Source of the DNA: an uncultured Bdellovibrionales bacterium
Lineage (GTDB): Bacteria > Bdellovibrionota_C > UBA2361 > SZUA-149 > CAZDWZ01
DNA length: 64,000 nucleotides
Direction: 5' to 3'
NCBI GenBank assembly: GCA_964405665.1
Contig: CAYOOT010000006.1
Location: forward strand, 3,350-67,349
Under the pieces are notes generated by a model. The model worked only from the letters and a program-made list of their open reading frames with translations. It ran no database searches and was not told the DNA's origin. Positions within the stretch are counted from its first letter, which is position 1, and every line of letters begins with the position of its first letter. A program made the translations under genes and the position numbers. Below are positions 50,056 to 59,317 of this stretch, piece by piece.

Positions 50056-51165
50056 CTAATACTTGGGTAATGGTTTACGCAACACTTTCTTAAAAACCCA
50101 GCGGAGTGGAATTTTAAAACATTTATAAAAAAGTTGAAGACCAAAAAACCACCAGGAGTTAATGAAAAACCACTCTTTTAAAAAAATGAAAAAACCGATT
50201 ACAGGCTTTGAATATTTGGGGTTTTTTTTTACACGCCAGTATAAAGTTAATCTACTAATAATCACCCTGATTGGATGTTGTAGTGCTAAACTTCTTTCAA
50301 AAACTTCAATTTTTTCTTGCACTGAATAATACTTGGGACTAAGCTTACTCAAGACGTTCGAAGGAATATCAATAAAATTATTTTCAGATAAAATTTTTAA
50401 AGGTTCTAAAATATAATTTCTCACCCGGGCCTCTTCTACAGAAGAAATAAACTGCTGCCAATTAATTCTTCCTTTGGCCAGGCGCTCAATAGTGACAACA
50501 TCATTTACCCAATATAAAGAAGTCCCTTGTAGGTAAACGGCATGTACGCAAATATGAAAAAGCTGATCTGTGAAATCTAGCATTCTCATAGAAGTACTGG
50601 GAAGCTGTATTTCTATGGCCCGTTCCCAAAACTGTTCATTTCCTTCAGGCATAAACTCAAATAACCTATGATGTAAATCAATACTGATATCGTTTTCTTT
50701 TTTAAAAGTAATTGCATGAAAGGCACTGCGATCGAAGTGATATTGCATTTCATTTGTTAACAAGGAAGACGCCTTGTTGATATGTTCCGGCGGTATAAGT
50801 AAATCTAAATCCCTCATCATTCTTTTGCCGGCGCTTTCCGGGTTTGTCAAAAGAATGGCCGCACCCTTTAAAACAATATTGGGTATTTTATTTTGATTGA
50901 AACATTTTATTATATTTTCAAATTTTTTAATCTGCAATTCATTTTGGAATAATGTTCGAATATATGATTCCTGAAGTTTATTTATTATCTCCTCATTTTT
51001 TTCAACTGCAGCGATTGTTGAATATAATGCCGGGAATAATCTTTCTTTATTATAATTATTTTGCTCATCAAAGTTATATTGAGCTTTCCATTCCTTCCAA
51101 TATTTTAAGGCGATCTGAGGACGTTGAATGCAACAGTTGATTAAGAGAAGTTGTTCTTTATTCAT
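50056..51165 (-). CDS. uncharacterised nucleotidyltransferase-family protein (NTP_transf_5/PF14907-like)
   Basis: 369 aa with the central pattern IVLKGAAILLTNPESAGKRMMRDLDLLIP characteristic of this family. The assignment is from recalled motif only. Confidence 0.45.
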   Translation of the reverse strand: MNKEQLLLINCCIQRPQIALKYWKEWKAQYNFDEQNNYNKERLFPALYSTIAAVEKNEEIINKLQESYIRTLFQNELQIKKFENIIKCFNQNKIPNIVLKGAAILLTNPESAGKRMMRDLDLLIPPEHINKASSLLTNEMQYHFDRSAFHAITFKKENDISIDLHHRLFEFMPEGNEQFWERAIEIQLPSTSMRMLDFTDQLFHICVHAVYLQGTSLYWVNDVVTIERLAKGRINWQQFISSVEEARVRNYILEPLKILSENNFIDIPSNVLSKLSPKYYSVQEKIEVFERSLALQHPIRVIISRLTLYWRVKKNPKYSKPVIGFFIFLKEWFFINSWWFFGLQLFYKCFKIPLRWVFKKVLRKPLPKY

Positions 51166-51368
51166 CTGAGGCCAGATTGATTTTTAAATTTTATATAAGA
51201 ATTATATTTATAATCGACATTTCAGTTAAAAATCATAAGCCATTAATTATTCTCAACTTTACAGCTTTTACTCACTAAGAGTAAGTAATTTTTCACCTTT
51301 TCAATTTCCACTATTCCCTAGACTATCTTTTTTCCCCATTTGATCTTAAATAATAACTCTATATTTAT

Positions 51369-51749
51369 ATGCATACCGACAAATCACTTCATATTATTGG
51401 CGCTTCTGGTTTTGAAAATGACAGTTCAATTAAAGTGGATCTCTGGTCAAGAAAAAAACGCTTACTTAGAGGAATTAAAGCTGCACTAATTGCTATTTTG
51501 GTATTTGCAGTTTCTCTGTTTATTCCGATATTGCATTTCATAGTGAGCCCCTTGCTTCTTATTGTAGGAATAATTTGGGTTTTTTTAGAGAGCAGAAAAA
51601 AGGGAATAATCCTGCAAGGCAATGTTATTTGTCCCCAATGCAAATTTGCAAATAACTTAAAGGGGCTTCCAATTTTTTCAAATATTTACATTGAATGTAA
51701 GAATTGCCATCAACAATTATTTGTTGAGGAAATAAAAAATCTTAATTAA
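51369..51749 (+). CDS. small membrane protein with C-terminal CxxC…CxxC zinc ribbon
   Basis: Two TM helices (LIAILVFAVSLFIPILHFIVSPLLLIVGIIWVFL) followed by CPQCKF…CKNCHQ. Confidence 0.35.
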   Translation: MHTDKSLHIIGASGFENDSSIKVDLWSRKKRLLRGIKAALIAILVFAVSLFIPILHFIVSPLLLIVGIIWVFLESRKKGIILQGNVICPQCKFANNLKGLPIFSNIYIECKNCHQQLFVEEIKNLN

Positions 51750-51771
51750 AAATGTTACTTATTTAATATAT

Positions 51772-53085
51772 CTATTGTCTTTTCTCCCCCACTAAATATG
51801 CAACTAATGGCAGATTTTGTTTGTTAATAATTAAGCTATGCTCGCAGCTAGTTAGTAGTTGCAACTGATTTTTTGTTGGTAAATTATTACTCTTTAGTTC
51901 AAAGGCAGTTCCCTCAAAATAGAAGTCAATTTCTGCTTTTGTTGTATCTGAGTATAAATAACTTGGTCGATTAACTTCTTCATGCCTTAAAAACTGAGTT
52001 GAAAAAGCAGATTCATGGAGATTTAAATTCCAATCAATTTGTTCTAAGTAATTTCTCCGAATATTATTTCCTATAGCTTGCAAAACCCTGCTGATATAGG
52101 GATCAATTGCATATATTTTTTTAAGTTTTACAGGTAAAAATTTGCCTTTTTGAGGATCAAAGCGGCCAATAGTTCTAATCGAAAAATGATCCTCCTGGAT
52201 TTCAAGTAAGGAACGAATAGTATTAGCACTTAAAATATCAGTATTCTTTTTAAGGGCTTCGAATGAAACTCTGGAATTGATAGTTTCGATCAATCTTTTA
52301 CAAACCGCCCTTAAGCTTTGCTCTTGGGTTCTAATTGTACTCCAAGCACCCAGGATCCAATCCTCATAAACTCTAAATGTTTCATCGGATATTATTTGTT
52401 TAAACATTTTTTCTGCTAAAACTTTAGGAAAGCCGCCATGCAGTAGATAATCTTGCCAGGAATTTGTTAACTCATGCTTACAGGCATTGAGCCAATTCTG
52501 AGTTATGTCCCTAAAGGATAGATTATTGAAGTTCAAGGCTAGTTCAGGATAAAACATGTCAATATATTCTCTAAAGCTCCAAGGTCTTGCAAAAATAACT
52601 TTCCCCTCTCCTTTTCTTCCGGGAAGTCTTTCCCCTGACTCTAATATGTGGCGTGCTTCGCTGCCTGTGCACCAGAGCCTTACATTTTTAAGCTTTCCCT
52701 CTTGATAGAGAGACCTTAATGCCAGATGCCAGCCTTCAACTGATTGTACTTCATCTAAAACAATGGACGTTTTTCCTTTTATATCTTTGCTTAACTGTTC
52801 AGCTAAATCTTTCTTATTGATAATCGTAGAGCAATCTAAAAATGAAATTGTTTCTGAATCGTTTAGTTGGCTAAGCCAGAGCTTTAGGGAAGATGTTTTA
52901 CCAATCTGTCTTGGCCCATAAAGTAAAGAAATCGAGCCAAAAGCCGTATTAAAAATCTTTAATGGTATTGCAGATTTCTCAAAAAGACCTTTCTCTCCCC
53001 ATATTTTTTTAGAACTTTCAATAGCGGGATCTTCGGTTAATATACTGAAATTATTTGATAAATTTGAATTTATAATTATCCGCAT
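51772..53085 (-). CDS. AAA+ ATPase of the AAA_14/DUF4143 (COG1373) type
   Basis: P-loop LLYGPRQIGKTS, Walker B VLDEVQ, and a C-terminal DUF4143-like region; 437 aa. Confidence 0.7.
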   Translation of the reverse strand: MRIIINSNLSNNFSILTEDPAIESSKKIWGEKGLFEKSAIPLKIFNTAFGSISLLYGPRQIGKTSSLKLWLSQLNDSETISFLDCSTIINKKDLAEQLSKDIKGKTSIVLDEVQSVEGWHLALRSLYQEGKLKNVRLWCTGSEARHILESGERLPGRKGEGKVIFARPWSFREYIDMFYPELALNFNNLSFRDITQNWLNACKHELTNSWQDYLLHGGFPKVLAEKMFKQIISDETFRVYEDWILGAWSTIRTQEQSLRAVCKRLIETINSRVSFEALKKNTDILSANTIRSLLEIQEDHFSIRTIGRFDPQKGKFLPVKLKKIYAIDPYISRVLQAIGNNIRRNYLEQIDWNLNLHESAFSTQFLRHEEVNRPSYLYSDTTKAEIDFYFEGTAFELKSNNLPTKNQLQLLTSCEHSLIINKQNLPLVAYLVGEKRQ

Positions 53086-53159
53086 CTGTATTGAGGATAA
53101 TATGAAATTATATCTTTGTAAAGAAATTTTTTTATTTATTTTGAACCGCCTTAAAATAT

Positions 53160-53650
53160 TTACTCATTTCGTATTTTCATTCTTTTCGCATAGCGGGCAT
53201 CAGGACAGCAGCGTGGAATCGGTAAATTCATTTTTTTATAAAATTCAAATTCTTGAAGGATTATTTTATAATTTTTAGCGCTAATTTCACAACTTAAGAT
53301 TTCTTTGCAAATATCTGCAGAAGCTTCTTGGAGATCGTCAGGTAAAACGAAAGTCTGTTCCCGATAATCTTTTTTGTTTTCCTCTTGCCAGCGGTAACCA
53401 CTAGCAAGAGCGTTTTCTTTTTCTAAAGGGAATTTTTCATGGGCCACACTTTCATTATAGGCAAAGGGAGAGAGTTGTTTTGGAAAAAACTTCCCCCATT
53501 CCTTTGTTTTTTGCATTTGCTGGATAATTAAAGCTTTTAATTTAGCATACTCATTCGGCGAATATTCTTTATTTTAAAATGAGTCCTGCAGCCTTAGCTA
53601 AAAAATTAAAAGCCCCCGGCACCACAATGCAAAATATTTTACTGCGCTTA
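53160..53650 (-). pseudogene. decayed remnant of a Cys-rich family gene (3' region only, stops upstream, truncated C-terminal module)
   Basis: ORF 53160-53516 encodes …KEWGKFFPKQLSPFAYNESVAHEKFPLEKENALASGYRWQEE…CEISAKNYKIILQEFEFYKKMNLPIPR, the family C-terminal region, ending before the final CxxC. The in-frame upstream translation KYFALWCRGLLIF*LRLQDSF*NKEYSPNEYAKLKALIIQQ still resembles the family (…CFGCVGL…ILNKEYS…) but carries stop codons. Confidence 0.55.
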
Positions 53651-53990
53651 GAGAGAAAGGGTTTTGCCACAGTCAATGAAAGTAACAAAACACTAACTTA
53701 TAATGCCCTGCATTTGCCAGGAAAGTATATGAAAGTGGCAAATATTCTCCCAAATCCCATAAAGGATATAAGTGGATTCCGGAAAGTTTATATCCCTTTG
53801 TTATTGAAATGAATATCTATGATGGCAAAGTTTCCTATTTAACTTATGTGAGAAATGAAATTATCGGAGTGATTATCGAAAACGATTATATTTATCAAAT
53901 GCATAACTCGATGTGGAATTTGGTTTGGGATCTTTTGCCGGGGCCGGGATTAATTCGAGGCAAAAGTAATAAACAAAAGAAATAATATTT

Positions 53991-54755
53991 TTAAGTATTT
54001 TTTATTATCAAGGATATTGCCGATATTAATAAGATAATATCAACTATTCTTTTATATAAAGCTTCCGGAATAGTTTTGTAGAATTTATTTCCAAATAAAA
54101 TACCGATGATAAAAAATGGTAAGCTTAGGACAACTAAGCGAATTACTTCTTGATCAAGCAGGCCGCTGCCACTGATAAAAATAATTCTTAATAAATTAGA
54201 AAAAGATAAAGCCATGATTAAAGTAGCGCGAAAAGCCTTAATCTCAGGCAGAATCTTTTTGTAATAGATTACCAAAAAAGGACCTCCTGTGCCGATACTG
54301 CCTTGAAATCCTCCGAACAATAAGCCATAGATCGATGCAGAAAAATTATTTTCTTTGCTGACGACAAGATTCGAGAAAAAATAACTTTTTATTAGAAAGG
54401 AGATAATTAAGGCTGCAAGAATTAAGCTTAAGATATTTCCAGAAAGTATTTTCAGTAAGAACGTACCCAACAATGTTCCGGGAATCATTCCTAATAAAAA
54501 AAATTTAGATTTATTCCAAGCAATATCTTTGTAGTTTTTAAAGATTAAAAAACCGATAAGAAATTGAAAAATTGCTACAACATTAATTCCAGTTTTTATC
54601 GGAATCAATAAGGCCAGTAGCGGCACAGAAATTAAACCACCACCAAAACCAAAGACTGCCTCACCAATAAAAGCAAAAGTAATGATTAGAACACAGATTA
54701 CAGTAGTAAAAATCAATTTCCCACCGAAGTGTATCGGGCAACTCCCAACCTCCAA
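53991..54755 (-). CDS. TauE/SafE (TSUP) family anion exporter
   Basis: 7-8 TM helices with a duplicated FGFGGGLISVP…/…GTGGPFLVIY pattern typical of TSUP proteins. Confidence 0.7.
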   Translation of the reverse strand: MEVGSCPIHFGGKLIFTTVICVLIITFAFIGEAVFGFGGGLISVPLLALLIPIKTGINVVAIFQFLIGFLIFKNYKDIAWNKSKFFLLGMIPGTLLGTFLLKILSGNILSLILAALIISFLIKSYFFSNLVVSKENNFSASIYGLLFGGFQGSIGTGGPFLVIYYKKILPEIKAFRATLIMALSFSNLLRIIFISGSGLLDQEVIRLVVLSLPFFIIGILFGNKFYKTIPEALYKRIVDIILLISAISLIIKNT

Positions 54756-55507
54756 AAAAAGCGGGCAATAAAACTAAAGACAAGGGCGACTAGTGGAGTA
54801 AGGGCGCAATAAAAATAAAACTCTTCTTTTTTTAGAAAATAAGTTGCCGGAAAGAAAGCAATAAAAGCAAAGGGAATTACCCAACAGAGCAGGAACTGTA
54901 AGATCTTATTGTAAATAGTAATCGGATAGCGACCGAAGTTGATTAAATTAAAAATAGGAGCACTGATTCCCAGACGATCTTCAAAATGAAAAGAAAGTGA
55001 GGAGACAATTACAAAGACTGCCAATAAAATAATACTGCTGGAGATTACACTGGTAATCATCCAAAGAATATCCAGAAAGGAAAAACTAATGCTTAATTGG
55101 CCTGAACTATAAATTACTAAACCCAGTCCCAGTAAGAATGTTCCAAAACTCTCCAGATTAAATGATTCAAAGAGAATCTGGGCCAGAGAATTTACCGGAC
55201 GAAGTAAAATTCGGTCAAACTGTCCTTGAATAATATACTTATCGGAAAAGTTGTAGAGATTAATTGCCACCAACATAAATAAAGCCAGTCCCATATTGGC
55301 AATGCCAAAAATAAAAAATATTTCCTCTCGCTTCCAACCTTGAATGGAAGTGACACTTTCTCCATTGATTAAGAAAAATACATAAAGCAGTCCGGAACAA
55401 GCGGCAATCGTATTGGCAATCAGGGAAATAATAAAATCAGTTTTATATTCAGCACGGGTTTTAATAAATTGAACAAAGTAGGCAAAGAATATGGAGAGCG
55501 TATTCAT
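54713..55507 (-). CDS. ABC-2 family exporter permease (ABC2_membrane_6-like), subunit 2
   Basis: 6-TM permease paralogous to 56305-57114. Same strand and operon as ATPase 57114-58112. Confidence 0.65.
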   Translation of the reverse strand: MNTLSIFFAYFVQFIKTRAEYKTDFIISLIANTIAACSGLLYVFFLINGESVTSIQGWKREEIFFIFGIANMGLALFMLVAINLYNFSDKYIIQGQFDRILLRPVNSLAQILFESFNLESFGTFLLGLGLVIYSSGQLSISFSFLDILWMITSVISSSIILLAVFVIVSSLSFHFEDRLGISAPIFNLINFGRYPITIYNKILQFLLCWVIPFAFIAFFPATYFLKKEEFYFYCALTPLVALVFSFIARFFWRLGVARYTSVGN

Positions 55508-56076
55508 TATTGCTGTTTTTGAAGAATTTTATTCAAAATTTCTAATTCTTTTTGACCATAATTTGCAGTTAGTTTTTTTAAAAGTTCCATATTAAGCTCT
55601 TCTGCAGAAACTTTTAATACATTCTGAATATCTTCCAAATCTTTTGCACTACCAGCAAATATTTTCATGGAAATAAAATCTTCCAAAGAACAGATATTGA
55701 TAGTTTGATTATTAAATGCAGCTGAAACAGTTCTTTTTATAAAAGAATCATCCAAGCCCTTAATTCCAAGTATTAGATCTACTTTATTGGAGTAAGAATC
55801 ACTGACCGCTATTAATCCCTTTAAAGGATCTTCAAAATCGGGCTCATGATACTGAACAGAATATCCTCTATCTTGAAAATCATTTAATAAGCTTTTTATT
55901 GTTGAGGAGCTTTGTTGTAGAAAGATTATTGCATCAATATCAAGACTGGCTCTCACTGAACCATAATAAGAAGCAGCGAAAGCTCCAATAATGCCATAAT
56001 TAATATTCTTTTCTTTAAATAACTCTATCAAGTCTAGAAGTAAGAAGATGGATTGTCCAGTGGCAGTTGTTTTCAT
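55507..56076 (-). CDS. minimal nucleotidyltransferase-fold protein (Pol-beta superfamily GS…DxD) inserted within the ABC-2 operon
   Basis: GIIGAFAASYYGSVRASLDIDAIIF matches the hG[GS]-x9-13-DhD NTase motif. 189 aa with a helical C-terminal half. Confidence 0.5.
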   Translation of the reverse strand: MKTTATGQSIFLLLDLIELFKEKNINYGIIGAFAASYYGSVRASLDIDAIIFLQQSSSTIKSLLNDFQDRGYSVQYHEPDFEDPLKGLIAVSDSYSNKVDLILGIKGLDDSFIKRTVSAAFNNQTINICSLEDFISMKIFAGSAKDLEDIQNVLKVSAEELNMELLKKLTANYGQKELEILNKILQKQQ

Positions 56077-56081
56077 AATAA

Positions 56082-56243
56082 TTATTTATTTCTTTTTTGT
56101 TCTCTGCTTTTTTTTCCAACATGGAAAATTTTTGCCAGTTCTGTAGTGTGATTGACGAATGCTTGCAATCTTTCAGCTTTACTCATTTTCTTATGAGCTT
56201 CTAATAGATCCTCTCTTGATTTTTCATTTAGTTTTGATTTCAT
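56082..56243 (-). CDS. small (53 aa) helical ORF translationally coupled to the nucleotidyltransferase; possible antitoxin-like partner
   Basis: MKSKLNEKSREDLLEAHKKMSKAERLQAFVNHTTELAKIFHVGKKSREQKRNK. Its stop lies 5 nt before the NTase ATG. Below the ORF-track length threshold. Confidence 0.25.
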   Translation of the reverse strand: MKSKLNEKSREDLLEAHKKMSKAERLQAFVNHTTELAKIFHVGKKSREQKRNK

Positions 56244-56304
56244 TTATATAAAATAACACATAAATGATTAATTTTATAGTCTCATTCTTAGACAAGCGCA
56301 AACT

Positions 56305-57114
56305 TTAGCCTCCTTGCAGAGTTAGGCTTTTAATGGATTTTTTCCAAAAAAGTTGCACCAAGATAACAAGCAAGATACTCCAAAGAGTAGCTGCAACATA
56401 ACTGTTGATTAGCTCTTCTTTACTTAGTTTTCCTAGATAAGCCTGCATTGGGATATAGGTAATATATTTAAAAGGCATCAGATCTAAAATATCTTTAAAT
56501 GCCTTAGGAAAGAAACTGAGCGGAAGAAGCAATCCGGAGAATAATTGCAATAAAAAGTATTTTGCCCGAGAAATTCCTTGAATGGATTTTAGACTAAAAG
56601 CAAGTAAGCCAATTAAAAAATTAACTTCAGCAAGAATCATAAAACTTCCCACAGTAAGCAGTAGAAAATGAATACCTGCTGAGAAATTTGCCGGAAACGA
56701 TATTGGATAGAGATAAAATACGGCCAAACAAATGGGAGCGGTAAAAAATAATATTCTAAATAAAGATTCTCCCACGGCCTTAGCCAGCATCATTAAATGA
56801 AAACTAACAGGACGCAGCAAGTAATTACTGATTTGTCCCGTTTTTACAATATCATCGATTTCTTCATCGACATTGGAAAAATAAAAGCTGCGGGCAATCC
56901 AACCAATGGCAATATAGGTAATCATTTCATTGAGCTTAAATCCATTAATCGCCCCATTAGGATTACCGCTATAGACTGCTTCCCAGATGTAATAGTGCAC
57001 TGTGATAAAAAGAATATAAGTGAGGATACCGGTGTAGAATCTCATGCGATAAGAAAGAATCGAGAGAAAGGAAAGATTGATGTAACTAAAATAAGGACCT
57101 AGTTTTTCCAGCAT
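56305..57114 (-). CDS. ABC-2 family exporter permease, subunit 1
   Basis: 6-TM permease. Its start overlaps the ATPase stop. Confidence 0.65.
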   Translation of the reverse strand: MLEKLGPYFSYINLSFLSILSYRMRFYTGILTYILFITVHYYIWEAVYSGNPNGAINGFKLNEMITYIAIGWIARSFYFSNVDEEIDDIVKTGQISNYLLRPVSFHLMMLAKAVGESLFRILFFTAPICLAVFYLYPISFPANFSAGIHFLLLTVGSFMILAEVNFLIGLLAFSLKSIQGISRAKYFLLQLFSGLLLPLSFFPKAFKDILDLMPFKYITYIPMQAYLGKLSKEELINSYVAATLWSILLVILVQLFWKKSIKSLTLQGG

Positions 57115-58112
57115 CAGAGCCCATCGGTATAGATTTTCTTAATAACATCTTCGATGTTTGGTTCAGACAAAATCACATCAGAAACATTAAAATTTGCTAA
57201 AATATCTTTTAATAAATCTCCAGTAGAAAGCAGGTTAGGATCATATTGACAAATTGCCCTTCTGCTACCCTCCATTTCATAACTAAGTTTTTCTTGGAAA
57301 AAAAATTTTAATTTGTCTACTGGGGTTTCTGTGGAGAAATCAATAACCAAGCTTCTCTTTAATCCAGGTAAAGATTTTATTTTATGAATACTACCATCAT
57401 ACATCACAATGCCCTTATCCAAGATTACAATCCTTGTGCACAGCTCCTCAATCTCCTTTAAATCATGGGTTGTCAGTAAGATTGTGGTTTTAAATTCTTT
57501 GTTGATATATTTTAAAAACTCGCGAATACTGTCTTTAGCAATAGCATCAAGCCCAATAGTTGGTTCATCAAGAAATAGAATCTTTGGTTGATGCAATAAG
57601 CTTGCTGCCAAATCACACTTCATTCTTTGTCCGAGAGAAAGTTTTCGAACAGGGGTGTTCAACAAATCTCTTAAATTAAGAACATCACACAAAATATCCA
57701 ATCTTTTTTTATAATCGGCATTGGAAACTTTGTAAATTTTTGCCAGAAGTTTAAAAGATTCAATTACTGCGATATCCCACCAGAGTTGAGTGCGTTGTCC
57801 AAAGACCACACCGATCGAACAAGTATAAGTTTTGCGATCGCGAAAGGGATCAAAACCAAGAATATTCATTTGTCCGGAAGTTGATTTTAAAATACCAGTT
57901 AGCATTTTGATACTCGTTGATTTACCTGCGCCATTTGGTCCGATATAGCCCAGTAACTCACCTTCATTAATCGATAGACTAATATTATCCACGGCTTTAA
58001 AGTCAGTATAGTTTCTTTGAATCAGGTCTTTGAGTCCGCCGCTTATTCCTTCTCGCTTTTTTTGTTGCTTAAAGATCTTTGTGAGGTTTTTTACTTGGAT
58101 AATTTCTGGCAT
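57114..58112 (-). CDS. ABC transporter ATP-binding protein
   Basis: Walker A GPNGAGKST, signature LSLGQRMK, Walker B ILFLDEPT, and an H-loop; 332 aa. Confidence 0.85.
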   Translation of the reverse strand: MPEIIQVKNLTKIFKQQKKREGISGGLKDLIQRNYTDFKAVDNISLSINEGELLGYIGPNGAGKSTSIKMLTGILKSTSGQMNILGFDPFRDRKTYTCSIGVVFGQRTQLWWDIAVIESFKLLAKIYKVSNADYKKRLDILCDVLNLRDLLNTPVRKLSLGQRMKCDLAASLLHQPKILFLDEPTIGLDAIAKDSIREFLKYINKEFKTTILLTTHDLKEIEELCTRIVILDKGIVMYDGSIHKIKSLPGLKRSLVIDFSTETPVDKLKFFFQEKLSYEMEGSRRAICQYDPNLLSTGDLLKDILANFNVSDVILSEPNIEDVIKKIYTDGL

Positions 58113-58171
58113 AATATGTTATTTAGACTTAACTAAAATAAATTGCAATATTCAACTAAAGGACAATTTCT

Positions 58172-59317
58172 ATGTTCAAAAAAATTTTCTTTCTTTTAAT
58201 TTTCTCTATTAGTTCTTGTAAAAATAATACAGAAACAAAAAATAATCCCAATGATAGCGCCAATCAGCAAAAAATCAAAATTGGTTGGATTGGAGCGCTT
58301 ACTGGTCCGGTAACAAAATTCGGGTCTTACCAGGCGGCACAAATTGCACTTGAGGATATTAATGCCAGTGGAGGAATTAATGGAAAACCGCTGGAACTTA
58401 TTTTTGAAGACGGACAATGTAACGGCAAATTTGCTGTCAGTGCTGCTAAGAAATTAATCGAATTAGATAAGGTCAATTTGATTTTGGGCGGACATTGCAC
58501 TCCGGAATCCCTGGCCATTGCTCCCATTGTGGAAACTAAAAAAGTAGTGATGCTAGCCGCTTCTACTACTACACCAAAATTAAGCAATGCCGGAGATTAT
58601 GTTTTTAGATTAAGTCCAGTTAATACTTCCGGAACAAAGTTGATAATTGATTACTTAAAAAATACATTTAAGCCAAAGAAAATAGCGATATTTTATGAGC
58701 TAACCGATTATGCCGCTCCTCCGGCAGAATTATTAAAATCAGAAATAGAAAAAAATCCTTCGATGGAACTTGTATTTTTTGAAAGCTTTAATACTGGCGA
58801 AACGGATTTTAGAACTTTAATATCTAGATTAAAAAGTAAAGAAGCTGATGCCATTTACGTTGGCACTCAATCCCAAGATTCTGCCTCCTTGGTAGTTAAG
58901 CAAATTAAAGAGCAAAATATTTCCACACAACTTTTTGGCAATGAAGTTTTTGGTGGAGTAGTTGTCTCTCATCCTGAGCAAAAGGCAGATTTTGAAAATT
59001 CTATTTATGCCGAGCCTTTTTTTGATCCAACAACTGCCTTGACCAGCCCTTTTGTTGATAAATATGAAAAGAAATTTGGAACAAGAGCATTACCTTTTGG
59101 AATTTGGACAGCGGAAGCTTATGATACTGTAATGTTGCTTGCTAAATTAGTAAAAGAATGTGGAGAAAGTGCTGAGGCGATAAAAACTTGCCTCTATCAA
59201 GTTAAAGACTATGCCGGTGCTTCAGGAATAGTTTCTATTGATAGCAATGGCGACGGAGTGAGAAAATACTACATTAATAAAATTGTCGACGGTAAACCGC
59301 AAAGAATTGGAGGCTAA
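58172..59317 (+). CDS. lipoprotein, type-1 periplasmic binding protein (branched-chain amino-acid-binding LivK-like)
   Basis: Lipobox LLIFSISSC and a PBP1 pattern (KIGWIGALTGPVTKFG…). 3' end overlaps convergent Cys-rich copy E by 4 nt. Confidence 0.75.
   Translation: MFKKIFFLLIFSISSCKNNTETKNNPNDSANQQKIKIGWIGALTGPVTKFGSYQAAQIALEDINASGGINGKPLELIFEDGQCNGKFAVSAAKKLIELDKVNLILGGHCTPESLAIAPIVETKKVVMLAASTTTPKLSNAGDYVFRLSPVNTSGTKLIIDYLKNTFKPKKIAIFYELTDYAAPPAELLKSEIEKNPSMELVFFESFNTGETDFRTLISRLKSKEADAIYVGTQSQDSASLVVKQIKEQNISTQLFGNEVFGGVVVSHPEQKADFENSIYAEPFFDPTTALTSPFVDKYEKKFGTRALPFGIWTAEAYDTVMLLAKLVKECGESAEAIKTCLYQVKDYAGASGIVSIDSNGDGVRKYYINKIVDGKPQRIGG

Noticed and set aside
53579-53812. Plus-strand 77-aa ORF
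   Set aside because: It lies antisense to the decayed upstream portion of the Cys-rich remnant and has no recognisable domain. Probably spurious.
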